Position numbers and translations under genes: made by a program. Of a DNA stretch of 64,000 nt, positions 48,445 through 58,767 are shown piece by piece. The DNA is from Blastocatellia bacterium (GTDB lineage: Bacteria > Acidobacteriota > Blastocatellia > UBA7656), in the NCBI GenBank assembly GCA_049273855.1, contig JBASRN010000012.1:4666-68665 (forward strand), read 5' to 3'. A model generated the notes under the pieces. It did not search any database, was not told the origin of the DNA, and saw only the letters and a list, made by a program, of their open reading frames with translations. How positions within the stretch are numbered: the stretch's first letter is position 1; each line of letters opens with the position of its first letter.

Positions 48445-50025
48445 CTACAGACCTGCGTAAGAATGCAAACCTGGCAACAAAAAGCTCACGCCCAGCCACG
48501 TGAATATCACCAGAGCGAAACCGAGCAATGCAAAGTAGGCGCTTCGCCGGCCGCGCCATCCGTGGGCGATGCGGGTGTGCAAGAAGCCGGCGTACGCAAT
48601 CGTCGCCACAAGCGCCCCGGTCTCCTTTGAGTCCCATCCCCAGTAACGGCCCCAAGACTCGTTCGCCCACACTGCTCCCGTGATCAACAGCAACACCAAC
48701 AGCGGGAATGCCACGCCGACCGTTCGATATAGCAGGCTGTCGATCTTCTGAATATCAGGTAGCGCACTCACAACTTCTTCTCGCTTCCAGGCGAACAGCG
48801 ACACGCAAATCAGCGCGACCATTAGTCCGATCAAGCCTCCAAAGTCGACGGGGTTCGCGCTAGGTTTTAGTGTAAAGCTACCCGCATTGTCTTGAATCCA
48901 TTGCTTCGCTCGATCGACTGAGACGGGTTGCTGCGTCTGTTCCGACATCCATGCGGCGAAAATCGGATACTCTCGCTCAGGGATGTTACCTAGGATGTTG
49001 CCGGCGTTCTTTACCTGAATGAAGAGCATCGCAACCACGATGATTTGCACTACCGCCGCAGCGCGGAAGAGCGACCAACCCCGCTTGGATGTTTTCTCGT
49101 CCTCTCCGAAGCGACCCATCAAAAACATCGCCAATGCCCCGGTAAGCAACAACAGCGCGATCACCATTAGCGGTCCCACTATAGGAAGTTCTGTTCGAAT
49201 CGGGAGAAATCTCTCCATCGAGTTGCTGAATACGCTTACCGTGTACCGCCCTTGAAATGGCACGCCGAAATGTACAATCGAACGCTCGAAAGTGCCAACG
49301 GTGAAGAACACCAGCAAGCCGTAGAGTATTACTGCGAATCCAACGGCTTCGGTGCGGACCCCGTCCTTGAGCAGATAAGCGAAAGCAAGTCCAAAGCTCA
49401 ACAGACACACGCCATAGCCAATCGTTGCAATGGAAACGTGAATCGGCCGCCAGTAGCTGTCCAGAATCGGCGGCAAGGTTTGAATTGCGCTACCCAGCAA
49501 CATCCCGAGCGCCAGCACAACAACGAGGATCGGCATCGACAGAGCGCCAAGCATTCGATACTTTGGCTTGCGAATGACTACCAATGTCGCAAGCGCCGCT
49601 CCTGCGCAAAACCCCATCGTTAATGCGTAGAGGTTGTCGAGCGGGTAGTAGCGCCAGAATCCGTTTATTCCTTGTTTCCAACCTTCTTTGTCACCGGCTT
49701 CAATCCAGCGAATCATCCACCCCGAGAGATTGAAGAAATACCCGAGCGAAACCGAGATCAGACCGAGCCTGTCGAGAACACTCTCTTTGACAAACAGGTT
49801 GGTCAGCAGTACGACCGCAGCGCTGATATAGCATACCAATGCCAGCAGAATCAGCGCTTCGCCATACAGAAATCCTACCGCGCGCCCAGCGTAGATGCGT
49901 GCTCCAAGTAGCAGCATCGTTCCCGCAACGGGGGCGATGATCGGCCACAATCCGACAATCTTCTTCGGCCAGCTCAGTTCCAACTCTGGCAGCATAGCCT
50001 CCTCACGACTTATGGCTCTACTCAT
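48445..50025 (-). CDS. ccsA: Cytochrome c biogenesis protein CcsA/ResC (system II)
   Basis: Polytopic membrane protein with the Trp-rich WWD motif WANESWGRYWGWDSKE. Confidence 0.85.
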   Translation of the reverse strand: MSRAISREEAMLPELELSWPKKIVGLWPIIAPVAGTMLLLGARIYAGRAVGFLYGEALILLALVCYISAAVVLLTNLFVKESVLDRLGLISVSLGYFFNLSGWMIRWIEAGDKEGWKQGINGFWRYYPLDNLYALTMGFCAGAALATLVVIRKPKYRMLGALSMPILVVVLALGMLLGSAIQTLPPILDSYWRPIHVSIATIGYGVCLLSFGLAFAYLLKDGVRTEAVGFAVILYGLLVFFTVGTFERSIVHFGVPFQGRYTVSVFSNSMERFLPIRTELPIVGPLMVIALLLLTGALAMFLMGRFGEDEKTSKRGWSLFRAAAVVQIIVVAMLFIQVKNAGNILGNIPEREYPIFAAWMSEQTQQPVSVDRAKQWIQDNAGSFTLKPSANPVDFGGLIGLMVALICVSLFAWKREEVVSALPDIQKIDSLLYRTVGVAFPLLVLLLITGAVWANESWGRYWGWDSKETGALVATIAYAGFLHTRIAHGWRGRRSAYFALLGFALVIFTWLGVSFLLPGLHSYAGL

Positions 50026-51598
50026 TGTCTGATCCTCCTCGTGGCACTCCAGTTATGGACTGTACCAGCAAATTGAATCGGCCCTCGAAAGCGGGACGGT
50101 TCCGATTCGTGTTTCCGCCAAAGTAGATCTTCGACCCTTGTCCATCAGGTTCTATCACCGCCCACACTCGCTGATGCGATAGGAAAAACACGAAGCATAA
50201 AGCCAAACAAAGCAGCGTGAACCCGATGTAGACCGGAGTTCGTCCCGGGTCGTACTGGATCGTCAAGATATGGAAGGTCGAAACTTTCTCAAAATCTCGA
50301 AGAATGATCTTGTGGCCGTTTACCAACAGCGGGTTCGTTCCACCGTCCGGGCCCAGCTTGTCGTTTGCTTTCGACATGTATTCTTCGGCAACCCGAGGGT
50401 TGAACGCGAACGCCGAGCTTCGTTTGCCATCGGCATTCAGGATTTCAAGCTGAACGGCCGGATTGTTGTAGTTGGGCGAGATCGTCGTAGGGCCCGAGTC
50501 CTCGATCTCAAAATCGGGATAGAAATCCAGATACCTAACAGTCCCGATTCCGGAAACTTCAGCGCTGCCGTTGCGGATTATCTTCACCGGCTGAATGGCT
50601 GATGTGCCCCCGGTGGCCGGCTCAAAGCTAAGAGTTATCTCGCGAGCATTGCCCACCGGCGAAAATTGAGATTGGAAGAACCTATAACCGCGATAGTCGC
50701 CCACGTTGTTCAAATGCACAAGCAGGTCCTTCTGAGCCGCGCCGTCTTTGATCGTTATGTAGCTCAACCAATCGATCGTGTTCTCAGCTCCCAATCCGCC
50801 CTCGGGCCTGATTAGCTTCTGTTGCAAGTCGCGGCATTCAACCTGGAAAGGAAGCGCGATTGCCATCTGCCTCGGACCTTGATCGATCGTGATTTCGGTA
50901 GTCGTGAACTTATCTGCGGCCTTGCCAGGTCTAAGCTCCATCGCGCCGCCAACGCCGTAACGGCTCGTCAGAAATCCTCCAGTGAAGATGGTCAGCAACG
51001 CGACGTGCACTACGTACGCGCCGAGGCGGTTTAGCACATTGCGCTGCGCGAAGACGGTCACGCGACTCTTCTCCTGGCTGATCCGCGCGCGGAACCCGTG
51101 TGCCTTCCACGCGGCCCGTACGTTTTCTGCAACGATACTGGGCGCCGCGCGGTCGGACGACTCGGCGTTGAACATCTGCGCAGCTATGAACTTCGGGGAA
51201 GCTGTGAGCTTCGGCTTGCGCACATACTGCCAAGCCGCCGGGAAACGATCGATCGACGCCAGAATAATGTTGAGTCCGGTGATAGCCAGAAGCAGCAGGA
51301 AATACCGCGAACGATATATGTCGAAGAAGTTGAGGGCTCCGTAGACCGTCTTCTGTGAAGCCGAGAGAGTCGCGTAGTACTTGTCGAATCCGTCGACGTT
51401 GACCTGCATGATTAGCATACCGATCATGCAGCAGATCAGAAGGACGCCTAGCATCGTGACGCCAAAGCGAACCGAACTGAGGAGGCGGAGCACCTTGTCA
51501 AGCACTGAATCGCTTTTCTGCGAAGTGACTTTAACGGTCGGCCCAGCGCCAGTTGGAGTCTCGGTCTTCGACCCTAATTCAGTTTCAGTTGTTGCCAT
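50018..51598 (-). CDS. ccsB: Cytochrome c biogenesis protein ResB/CcsB
   Basis: ResB-like topology: N-terminal TM, large periplasmic domain, C-terminal TM. Overlaps ccsA by 8 nt. Confidence 0.85.
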   Translation of the reverse strand: MATTETELGSKTETPTGAGPTVKVTSQKSDSVLDKVLRLLSSVRFGVTMLGVLLICCMIGMLIMQVNVDGFDKYYATLSASQKTVYGALNFFDIYRSRYFLLLLAITGLNIILASIDRFPAAWQYVRKPKLTASPKFIAAQMFNAESSDRAAPSIVAENVRAAWKAHGFRARISQEKSRVTVFAQRNVLNRLGAYVVHVALLTIFTGGFLTSRYGVGGAMELRPGKAADKFTTTEITIDQGPRQMAIALPFQVECRDLQQKLIRPEGGLGAENTIDWLSYITIKDGAAQKDLLVHLNNVGDYRGYRFFQSQFSPVGNAREITLSFEPATGGTSAIQPVKIIRNGSAEVSGIGTVRYLDFYPDFEIEDSGPTTISPNYNNPAVQLEILNADGKRSSAFAFNPRVAEEYMSKANDKLGPDGGTNPLLVNGHKIILRDFEKVSTFHILTIQYDPGRTPVYIGFTLLCLALCFVFFLSHQRVWAVIEPDGQGSKIYFGGNTNRNRPAFEGRFNLLVQSITGVPRGGSDNE

Positions 51599-51803
51599 AA
51601 TTTGGATACCGGCTTGAGTTAATTAGTCCAGATGATCGCAGCTTTAACAACCGCGCAAATTCTAACAAGCCCTAATTTAGCCTGTCAACGCGGACCAAGG
51701 TTTACGTCACGGCGGCGAAAACTCTGGCGACCGCCGCCCGCCCTCTGCTTTGGAAGCTCCCCGAATCGTAAATCTGCGCGCTCGTCGCATACAAAACGCG
51801 ATG

Positions 51804-52325
51804 CTACTTTTTTGGCTCAGAAGGCCTAAGCTCGCCGCGACTGGGCAGAGCGCGCGGGTCCATTTCAAGCAGGTTGACAACGACAGTCGCCACGTCTTCG
51901 GGTGCCAGCTTCCACGAAGTTCCCGGGTCTTGCTCGCCGCCTCGACCGAAGCCTGTGTTTACGGAGCCTGGCATAACGTAGCTTACGCGAATGTGGTCGT
52001 AGCGGGCTTCCTGCATCAACGCCTCCGTAAAATCTATCAGCGCGAACTTCGATGCACAGTACGAAGCCCCTCCAGGAAACGCGTTCTTTCCTGCAAGGCT
52101 GCCGATGTTTATGATGTAATCTCTCACATCGCACGCGGTGCCCTGAATACGGTCGCCGTATTCTGAGCTTAGGGTAGCCACGGTCTGCTCGACATCGGCT
52201 GAGGTGCGAGCGCAGACAAAGACATTAGCGCGTCGTTGCAGGAGTGTTCGCGAAATCGCGAGTCCTATTCCCTCGTCGCTCCGGTGACGATTGCCGACTT
52301 TCCTTCGATATTGCTCAAGAACCAA
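51804..52325 (-). pseudogene. Short-chain dehydrogenase/reductase (SDR) remnant
   Basis: Only 173 aa. The cofactor motif reads KVGNRHRSDEGIG, but the +1 frame of the same nucleotides encodes KVAIVTGA. Inserting one g further on restores SEGIG. This is a compensating double frameshift. In addition, about 75 aa are missing between ..CDVRDY and IINIGSLAG. The YCASK catalytic region is retained. TTG start. Confidence 0.6.
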
Positions 52326-52346
52326 CTTGTGCGAACTATCGCTATT

Positions 52347-52994
52347 TCAACCCGTAAACGAGTACCCGAGTCGCCGCGCCAGACGATAGACGAGAGGTAT
52401 TGGAAGACCTACCACGTTCGAATAGTTCCCTGCTATCTCTTCGACAAACATCGCCGCCACACCTTGAATGCCGTACGCGCCCGCTTTGTCCATCGGCTCG
52501 CCGCTTTCAACGTACCAATCGATTTCCTGGTCGGTTAATCTGGCGAACCTGACCAGAGTCTTTTCATAGTCGGCTACCTCACGATGGCTGGCTGCATCGA
52601 AAAGAGCGACCCCCGTCAGGACCGCGTGCCAGCGGCCAGACAACTCGCGCAACATTCGCCGAGCGTCTTGCTGGCTGCCGGGCTTCTCCATTAACACTCC
52701 ATCAAGAACCACAACGGTATCCGCGCCGATGATCAGGCCGGCATCGCGGTGCCTCGCCACGGCGACAACTTTAGCGCGTGCCAGGCGTGTGATATAATCG
52801 CCGGGCGGTTCATCAGGATGAGCCCGCTCTTGAACGAGGCTGGGAACGATCTGAAAGTCGACACCGATGGCTGCCAGCAGATCGGCACGCCGGGGCGACG
52901 AAGAAGCAAGGATGATTTCTGGTTCGCTTTCACGCATCGATCGTTGGCAGTAAAGAGCCCCAAAATTCCTGTTTGCGTCGTTGCCGAAGTCCAA
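52347..52994 (-). CDS. maf: Maf-like nucleoside triphosphate pyrophosphatase
   Basis: ILASSSPRRADLL .. Maf family signature throughout. Confidence 0.85.
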   Translation of the reverse strand: MDFGNDANRNFGALYCQRSMRESEPEIILASSSPRRADLLAAIGVDFQIVPSLVQERAHPDEPPGDYITRLARAKVVAVARHRDAGLIIGADTVVVLDGVLMEKPGSQQDARRMLRELSGRWHAVLTGVALFDAASHREVADYEKTLVRFARLTDQEIDWYVESGEPMDKAGAYGIQGVAAMFVEEIAGNYSNVVGLPIPLVYRLARRLGYSFTG

Positions 52995-53023
52995 GATATT
53001 TTGATCGAACTTGGAGGTCTACC

Positions 53024-54571
53024 TTGCGCCGCAAGATTTCGCTGTTGATCATAGTCGCATTTGTGGCCGCGCTCGCATCGATCAATCACGGTTGCTCTCG
53101 TTCGTCGGATCCGGATGCGGAGATGGACGGCAGCGTAAGTTTTGATCTCAGCGACCCCAAGCTAAAAGAGCGGCTCGGCGAAGATGATGGTTATGCTTTT
53201 GCTGTTCTGTATGGCGCCGACATTCACGGCAGCCTCGAGACCTGTGGCTGACCAAGCCACCCTATGGGTGGACTGGCACGGCGTGTCAGCTATATCAAGG
53301 CCTTTAAGCAAAGATCGAATTTAGAAGTACCCGCCTTGTTCGTCGACGCGGGCAACCTGTTCAGCGATGATCGCACCGTCGGCGATCAATTGTCCGCTGA
53401 GGTTATGACAAAAAACAAATGGGTAGTCAAGGAATACGGAAATGTTCGCCACGATGCGGCGAACATCGGCTACCACGATTTGCCCTACCTCGGCGAGTTG
53501 CTCAAGAAGGAGGGCTATGACAAGAGGGTGGAGCAGTATCCGTTCATAGAGCAACTGATATCGGCGAACATTCAACCGGTTGACGACCAGCGTCGAGCGC
53601 CGGCTCCTTACGTAATTCGCGAAATCACCCTCAAGCGGGGGGTGCCCGGCAAGAAGCTTCGAGTGGGAATAGTTGGCTTCACCGAGGCCAAGTCAATCAA
53701 CAATATCGATAAGCAATTGGTTTACGGCGGCTTTCGTGTGGACGACGTGTTTGAGTCGGCGAAAAAGGTATTGCCTGAGTTGAAGCAGAAGACTGATTTC
53801 ATCGTTGCGCTTGCCTACGTGCCATCCGACGTCGCACAACGGCTGGCTAGCGAGAACCCGGAGATAGACACCATCATCGGCGCACGGCAGCTTAACAGCA
53901 TGGATGAGCCTCAGCACTTCAACCGGGCCACAATCGCCTACGCCTACAACCAGACCAAGTACCTTGGCGAGATGCGAGTCTACGTGAAGAGCGACGGGAC
54001 TGTTGAGAACCAGGTGAACCGGTTTGTCGCACTTGATTCCTCGATACCCGACGATTCATCGGCCCTCGAAGCGGTGACAGCCGCGCACGATGAGTTCACC
54101 AAGTTGCAGAACGAAGCCGCTCAGTCGCGGTTTGGCGGCAACGGGACTTCGGCCCTGGAGAGCGCAGCGTTGTCTCCCTTCGTGGGAGGCGCCACCTGCG
54201 CGGGATGTCACGTGGAGGAGGACAGGATATGGTCCACGACGAGGCATGCCCACGCGATGGCCACGCTCGAGGAAAAGAAACAACAGTTCGACAACGAGTG
54301 CGTCGGATGTCACGTGGTCGGTTTTGAGAAGGGGGGCTTTCAGTCGCTGATAACTACGCCGCAGTTCGCAAATGTACAGTGCGAGTCGTGTCACGGCCCG
54401 GGCCGAGAGCATGCCGGCAACCCGGGCAAAGGCTACGGGCTGGTGGCAACGCCGGTCGGCTGCACACAGTGCCACGCTCCGCCAAACGACCCCGACTTTG
54501 ATTTCGCGGTCTACTGGCCGAAGATAAAGCACGGAAGTACGGACCCGATCGCTAGCGCCAAAGTGCCATGA
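53024..54571 (+). CDS. Secreted 5'-nucleotidase/metallophosphoesterase-like domain fused to a C-terminal tetraheme cytochrome c domain; the ORF contains an in-frame TGA at 53249-53251
   Basis: TTG start with GGAGG SD. Signal peptide MRRKISLLIIVAFVAALA. Metallophosphatase motif I GADIHGSLE precedes the TGA. UshA-like motifs GGLARRVSYIK / LFVDAGNLFSDD follow it in the same frame. Four CxxCH motifs near the C-terminus (CAGCH, CVGCH, CESCH, CTQCH). Confidence 0.6.
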
Positions 54572-54585
54572 ATCGGACCTGACCT

Positions 54586-55047
54586 GTGGTTACCGTTATG
54601 TTGACCGAGTTGCTCGCGCTGCTTCCCCGGATGATTCGCCAGTCGGGCGATTCAGATGAAGCGCGCGAACAGGCGGCGTTCGCCGCGTGGGAAGTAGGGG
54701 CAGGCTCTCATGTCCGCAGGGTCACCAGGCCGGTGAAGCTCGAGCGAAAAACGCTGATCGTTGCCGTCCCCGATGCAACCTGGCGAACGCAGCTTGGTCA
54801 AATGCGAGGGCAGTTCCTGTTCAAGCTCAACTCGCTGCTGGGCAGCCCCCTGGTGACCTCGCTCGAGTTTGTTGTAAACCCGAGTCTGATCGGCAGCGAC
54901 GTACAGTCCCCTCAATCTGTTCAGTTCATCGCCCCCGAAAGAGAGGCGCTTCCCCTGCGCGAGCAGGCCGACCGGATCGCTGATCCGGAGATCCGCGCAG
55001 CCTACCTGCGCGCGGCTGGAAAATGCCTGGAAAGAAGGGCCAGATGA
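54586..55047 (+). CDS. DUF721 (DciA-like) protein
   Basis: ..AAFAAWEVGAGSHVRRVTRPVKLERKTLIVAVPDATWRTQLGQMRGQFLFKLNSLLG fits the DUF721 pattern. Confidence 0.55.
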   Translation: MVTVMLTELLALLPRMIRQSGDSDEAREQAAFAAWEVGAGSHVRRVTRPVKLERKTLIVAVPDATWRTQLGQMRGQFLFKLNSLLGSPLVTSLEFVVNPSLIGSDVQSPQSVQFIAPEREALPLREQADRIADPEIRAAYLRAAGKCLERRAR

Positions 55048-56009
55048 CCGCGACATCAACCGCCAGATCTAAAGTAGTAATCGAGATCGACCAGCTCACC
55101 AAAGACTACGAAGTGGGCTTTCTGAAGAAGAAGAAAGTTCGCGCGCTCGACCACCTCACTCTGGGCGTCACGGCCGGAGAGATTTTCGGTTTCCTCGGGC
55201 CCAACGGCGCCGGGAAAACCACAACGCTCAAGCTGCTTACCCGGCTGATCTATCCGACCGAAGGAACCGCTCGCATACTCGGTCAGCCGATAGACGACGT
55301 TGCGACTCGATCGCGCGTCGGCTACCTTCCTGAGAATCCGTACTTTTATGATTACCTTTCGGGCAGGGAGCTGCTCGAATACACCGCCGCTCTGTTTGGC
55401 GTCCCTAAACGGAAAGCTTCATGGCGCGCGGACGAGTTGCTTCATCTGGTGGGCCTCGACCGCGACCAGGCTGACCGCCAACTTCGCAAGTACTCCAAAG
55501 GCATGCTTCAGCGAATCGGCATCGCTCAGGCGCTGGTCAACGATCCCGAGATCGTGTTCATGGACGAGCCGATGTCCGGTCTCGATCCAATTGGTCGCCG
55601 CGAAATTCGTGACCTGCTGCTGTCCCTCCGCGCAAAGAACAGGACCGTCTTCTTCTCGTCTCACATTCTTTCGGACGTTGAAGCACTATGCGATCGAGCT
55701 GCGATTCTGAGCCGAGGCAAGCTTCTTCGGAGCGGAACCGTTCAGGAGTTGTCCGGCGCGCAGGACTCAGCCCTCGAACTCGTCGCCATTGGAATCGACT
55801 TCTCCAGTCTCCGCGAGTTTTCTGCATCGATGTCATCGCTTCAATCGGCTACCCCGACGCCAAACGGGGTTCACCTGGTGCTTGGCGATGAAACCGAGGT
55901 TGACGAAGCGCTGGCGGTGATTCGCAGATGCGGTGGCAAGCTTGTCTCGATAAATCCGCGGCGGCGCTCGCTCGAGGATATTTTCTCGAACTCCCAACAG
56001 CAGCGCTGA
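55044..56009 (+). CDS. ABC transporter ATP-binding protein (ABC-2 type)
   Basis: Walker [11 protein letters not shown]. Signature [13 protein letters not shown]-like ([15 protein letters not shown]). Walker [13 protein letters not shown]. Confidence 0.85.
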   Translation: MTATSTARSKVVIEIDQLTKDYEVGFLKKKKVRALDHLTLGVTAGEIFGFLGPNGAGKTTTLKLLTRLIYPTEGTARILGQPIDDVATRSRVGYLPENPYFYDYLSGRELLEYTAALFGVPKRKASWRADELLHLVGLDRDQADRQLRKYSKGMLQRIGIAQALVNDPEIVFMDEPMSGLDPIGRREIRDLLLSLRAKNRTVFFSSHILSDVEALCDRAAILSRGKLLRSGTVQELSGAQDSALELVAIGIDFSSLREFSASMSSLQSATPTPNGVHLVLGDETEVDEALAVIRRCGGKLVSINPRRRSLEDIFSNSQQQR

Positions 56010-56021
56010 CTCTTCGTACGA

Positions 56022-56800
56022 TGTCGATAATCAGACTTAGAGCCAGCGGCTGTGCTAGCTCCTTTACTTCTCTGTCATTGCTTGAGCGCTGGCGACGCGC
56101 GCGCTGGTTTGCCGCCGTTGCCGCGACTGCTTTACTATACCTCGCGGTATGCGCGGTGGCGCATGCGACGAGCTTACTGGCGACGATCAACATCACAACG
56201 CAACAGACCCCCGACCTCGGCGCGTTGATCGACGGTATTCAGAGCAAGTACTCCCGAATACGGGGCATCGCAGCGGAATTCGTTCAAGTGTACCGGGGCA
56301 ACGACGGAAGGACGATTCGCGAGTCAGGACGTCTGTTGCTAAAGCGCCCAAGCAAGGCTCGTTGGGATTACTCGGAGCCCGGAAGAAAGCTGTTCGTCTC
56401 AGACGGAAAGAACGTCTTTTTCTACGTGCTCGGCGAGAGGCACGCGACAAAATCGACAATCAAGGAATCGGTTGATCCTCAGATCCCGTTTCTCTTCCTG
56501 CTCGGCAGAGGAAATCTCCGACGGGACTTCAGCCGGATTGAGCTTGTCAGCGGCGAGCGGCCCGCTGCAGCAGGCAACGTAGTGCTGAAGCTTGTGCCAA
56601 AACGCGCTCCGGAAGAGTTCAAGCAGTTGCTGGTCGAAGTCTCGCCCGCTTCCTTTGAGGTTCGGCGGCTTGTAATCTTTGAGCAAAGCGGAGCGCGAAT
56701 GGATTTCTTGCTGTCGAACGTGCAGGAAAACTATGTGGCTTCCGACGCCCAGTTCCAATTCACGCCTCCTACGGGCGTTACCGTCAAACAGGCGCGTTAG
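56022..56800 (+). CDS. LolA-like outer-membrane lipoprotein carrier/chaperone family protein
   Basis: Signal peptide. LolA signature GRLLLKRPSKARWDYSEPGRKLFVSDGKNVFFYV. Confidence 0.6.
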
Positions 56801-56866
56801 GTTTCCGCAGACCGACGTTAAGAGGGCACAACCAGAACTGCCGTTAGGCGGAGCCGTCAAGTACTG

Positions 56867-57349
56867 CTATTTCACCTTCAGACCATGGACCTCGATGATC
56901 ATATCTTTAAGAGTTAATGGGTCGGGGATCGGCTCAATATAAAGGTCGATGGGCATCGACTGGTTTGGCCCCAGAGTCTCCTTGATGTTCGGAACCGGAG
57001 TTATGATCTTCTCCCTCACCACAACGTCGCCAAGGTCGATGGCCGCAGCGCGAAGCTGAAGTGCCGACAGCACGCTGTCGCCTGTGTTTTCGACCGTGCA
57101 CGTTATGCGCCCGTACCGGTTGTTCAGCCTTTCCCCGTGACGCTTGTCAACGTTGTTGATCTTGATGAACTGAGCGTATGAGTCAAACTCCGCGGACCCG
57201 GCGCGCGCACTCTCCAGGGGGGTATTGTGCTTGCGAAAGGAAGTCACCAGTATGATCAAGACGACGACCAACGTAACCGCTATGCCACTCACGATCATAA
57301 CCGATCTCGATCGGTCTTTTTCTTCGTTCCCTGCTCTTGGCTCGAACAT
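56867..57349 (-). CDS. Membrane-anchored hypothetical protein (160 aa)
   Basis: Single N-terminal TM helix. Lies 4 nt downstream of pmbA in the same orientation. Confidence 0.45.
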   Translation of the reverse strand: MFEPRAGNEEKDRSRSVMIVSGIAVTLVVVLIILVTSFRKHNTPLESARAGSAEFDSYAQFIKINNVDKRHGERLNNRYGRITCTVENTGDSVLSALQLRAAAIDLGDVVVREKIITPVPNIKETLGPNQSMPIDLYIEPIPDPLTLKDMIIEVHGLKVK

Positions 57350-57353
57350 ATGA

Positions 57354-58703
57354 TCAGGCTCCTATCGTCATCCGTCCGATCAACAGCGTCGGCGAGACCA
57401 CGCTTCCTCGAAAGTCCAGGTCGCTCCCGATCATCTCTACCGCGTTCAGCATCTCCTTGAGGTTCCCCGCGATCGTCACACCTTGAACCGGAAAAGTGAG
57501 CTCCCCCTTCTCAATCCAAATACCGGAGGCTGAGCGTGAATAGTCACCGGTTACGATGTTCACGCCAAAGCCGATCAACTCCGTCACGTAAAAGCCTTTC
57601 GAGACGGATTTGATAATCTCCTCCGGCGAATGCGGGCCAGGCTCGATGTACAGGTTCCCAGCGTCAACGCTTGGCGCTCCGACCAGACCCCGCGACGCGT
57701 TACCAGTCGACTTCAACCCCAGCTTCCGTGCGGTGTAGGTGTTCAAGAGATAGCTCTCAAGCCTTCCGTTGTTGATAACCACCGTCCTTCGGGTCGGCAA
57801 TCCTTCCGCGTCGAACGGGCGAGAGCCGATTCCTCTCGGCTTCGCGCCGTTGTCCACCACGGTCAGCCTCTCGGACGCGACGCGCTCGCCCAGTTGTCCA
57901 ACCAGAAAACTTGATTTTCTAAAGATCGATTCGCCCGAGACCGCATTCAAGATATCCCCGACAAGATCTCGTGCGATATTTGGCTCGAACACAACGGGCA
58001 CGTTCTGAATCGGAACCGGACGCGCCCTGAGCTTTCGCAGCGTACGCCTGGCCGCCATCACTCCGATGTCCTCGGGCGTGTCGAGCTCCGACAGCTTCCG
58101 CCGGACGTCGTACCAGTAGTCGCGCTGCATCTTGCCGTCCACCGCGGCTACCGGGACTGCTATCAGCGAACAGGAGGTAGACCAGTACTCACCGGCAAAA
58201 CCAAGCGAGTTCGCAAGGATTGCAGTACCAGAAGCCGAATCAAACCCGCCCCCGTCAAAGTTTATTATTTGATCGCTGTAGTCCTTTGCTGCGCGCTCCG
58301 CTCTTAGCGCAAGCTCGATCTTTTCCTCGGTTGGAAGCTGTTCGATCGCTGGGTCGTAGAGGTCAAGATCCGGGATCGAGGTGGCAAGCTCCTCCTGTTC
58401 AGGAAGCCCGGCGGTGTCGTCCGGGGAGGTAGCTCGGGCAAGCTCGATCGCTTCATCCATCAGCGTCAGCACAGTATCGCGACTCAGCTCCGAACCGGAG
58501 ACCGATGCCTGTTTGCCGTCGATCAAGACGCGCAAACCGAGCCCTTGATCGCTTGACTGCTTGAGCGTCTCTACCTCACCCAGCCTGACACCCACGGAGA
58601 ACTCGGTGCGATGCCGTATGATGACCTCGGCCGCGCTTGCGCCGCGCCTCACTGCCTCATGGGCCAAATCCAGAGCGGATTCTTTCGTAGGTTCAAGTTT
58701 CAT
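57354..58703 (-). CDS. pmbA: TldD/PmbA family metalloprotease (PmbA-like)
   Basis: TldD/PmbA domain similarity along the full length. Pairs with the adjacent TldD. Confidence 0.85.
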   Translation of the reverse strand: MKLEPTKESALDLAHEAVRRGASAAEVIIRHRTEFSVGVRLGEVETLKQSSDQGLGLRVLIDGKQASVSGSELSRDTVLTLMDEAIELARATSPDDTAGLPEQEELATSIPDLDLYDPAIEQLPTEEKIELALRAERAAKDYSDQIINFDGGGFDSASGTAILANSLGFAGEYWSTSCSLIAVPVAAVDGKMQRDYWYDVRRKLSELDTPEDIGVMAARRTLRKLRARPVPIQNVPVVFEPNIARDLVGDILNAVSGESIFRKSSFLVGQLGERVASERLTVVDNGAKPRGIGSRPFDAEGLPTRRTVVINNGRLESYLLNTYTARKLGLKSTGNASRGLVGAPSVDAGNLYIEPGPHSPEEIIKSVSKGFYVTELIGFGVNIVTGDYSRSASGIWIEKGELTFPVQGVTIAGNLKEMLNAVEMIGSDLDFRGSVVSPTLLIGRMTIGA

Positions 58704-58767
58704 TCAGCGTTTTGAGTTGTAAGATCGCGGGCGATTGTTGGATTGCGTACAATAGCCGGAGGCGGCT

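Noticed and set aside
52973-53023. Upstream ATG start (MRRCRSPRYFDRTWRST..) for the nucleotidase-cytochrome gene
   Set aside because: The Arg/Cys-rich extension overlaps the divergent maf start region. TTG 53024 has a GGAGG SD and gives a canonical signal peptide.
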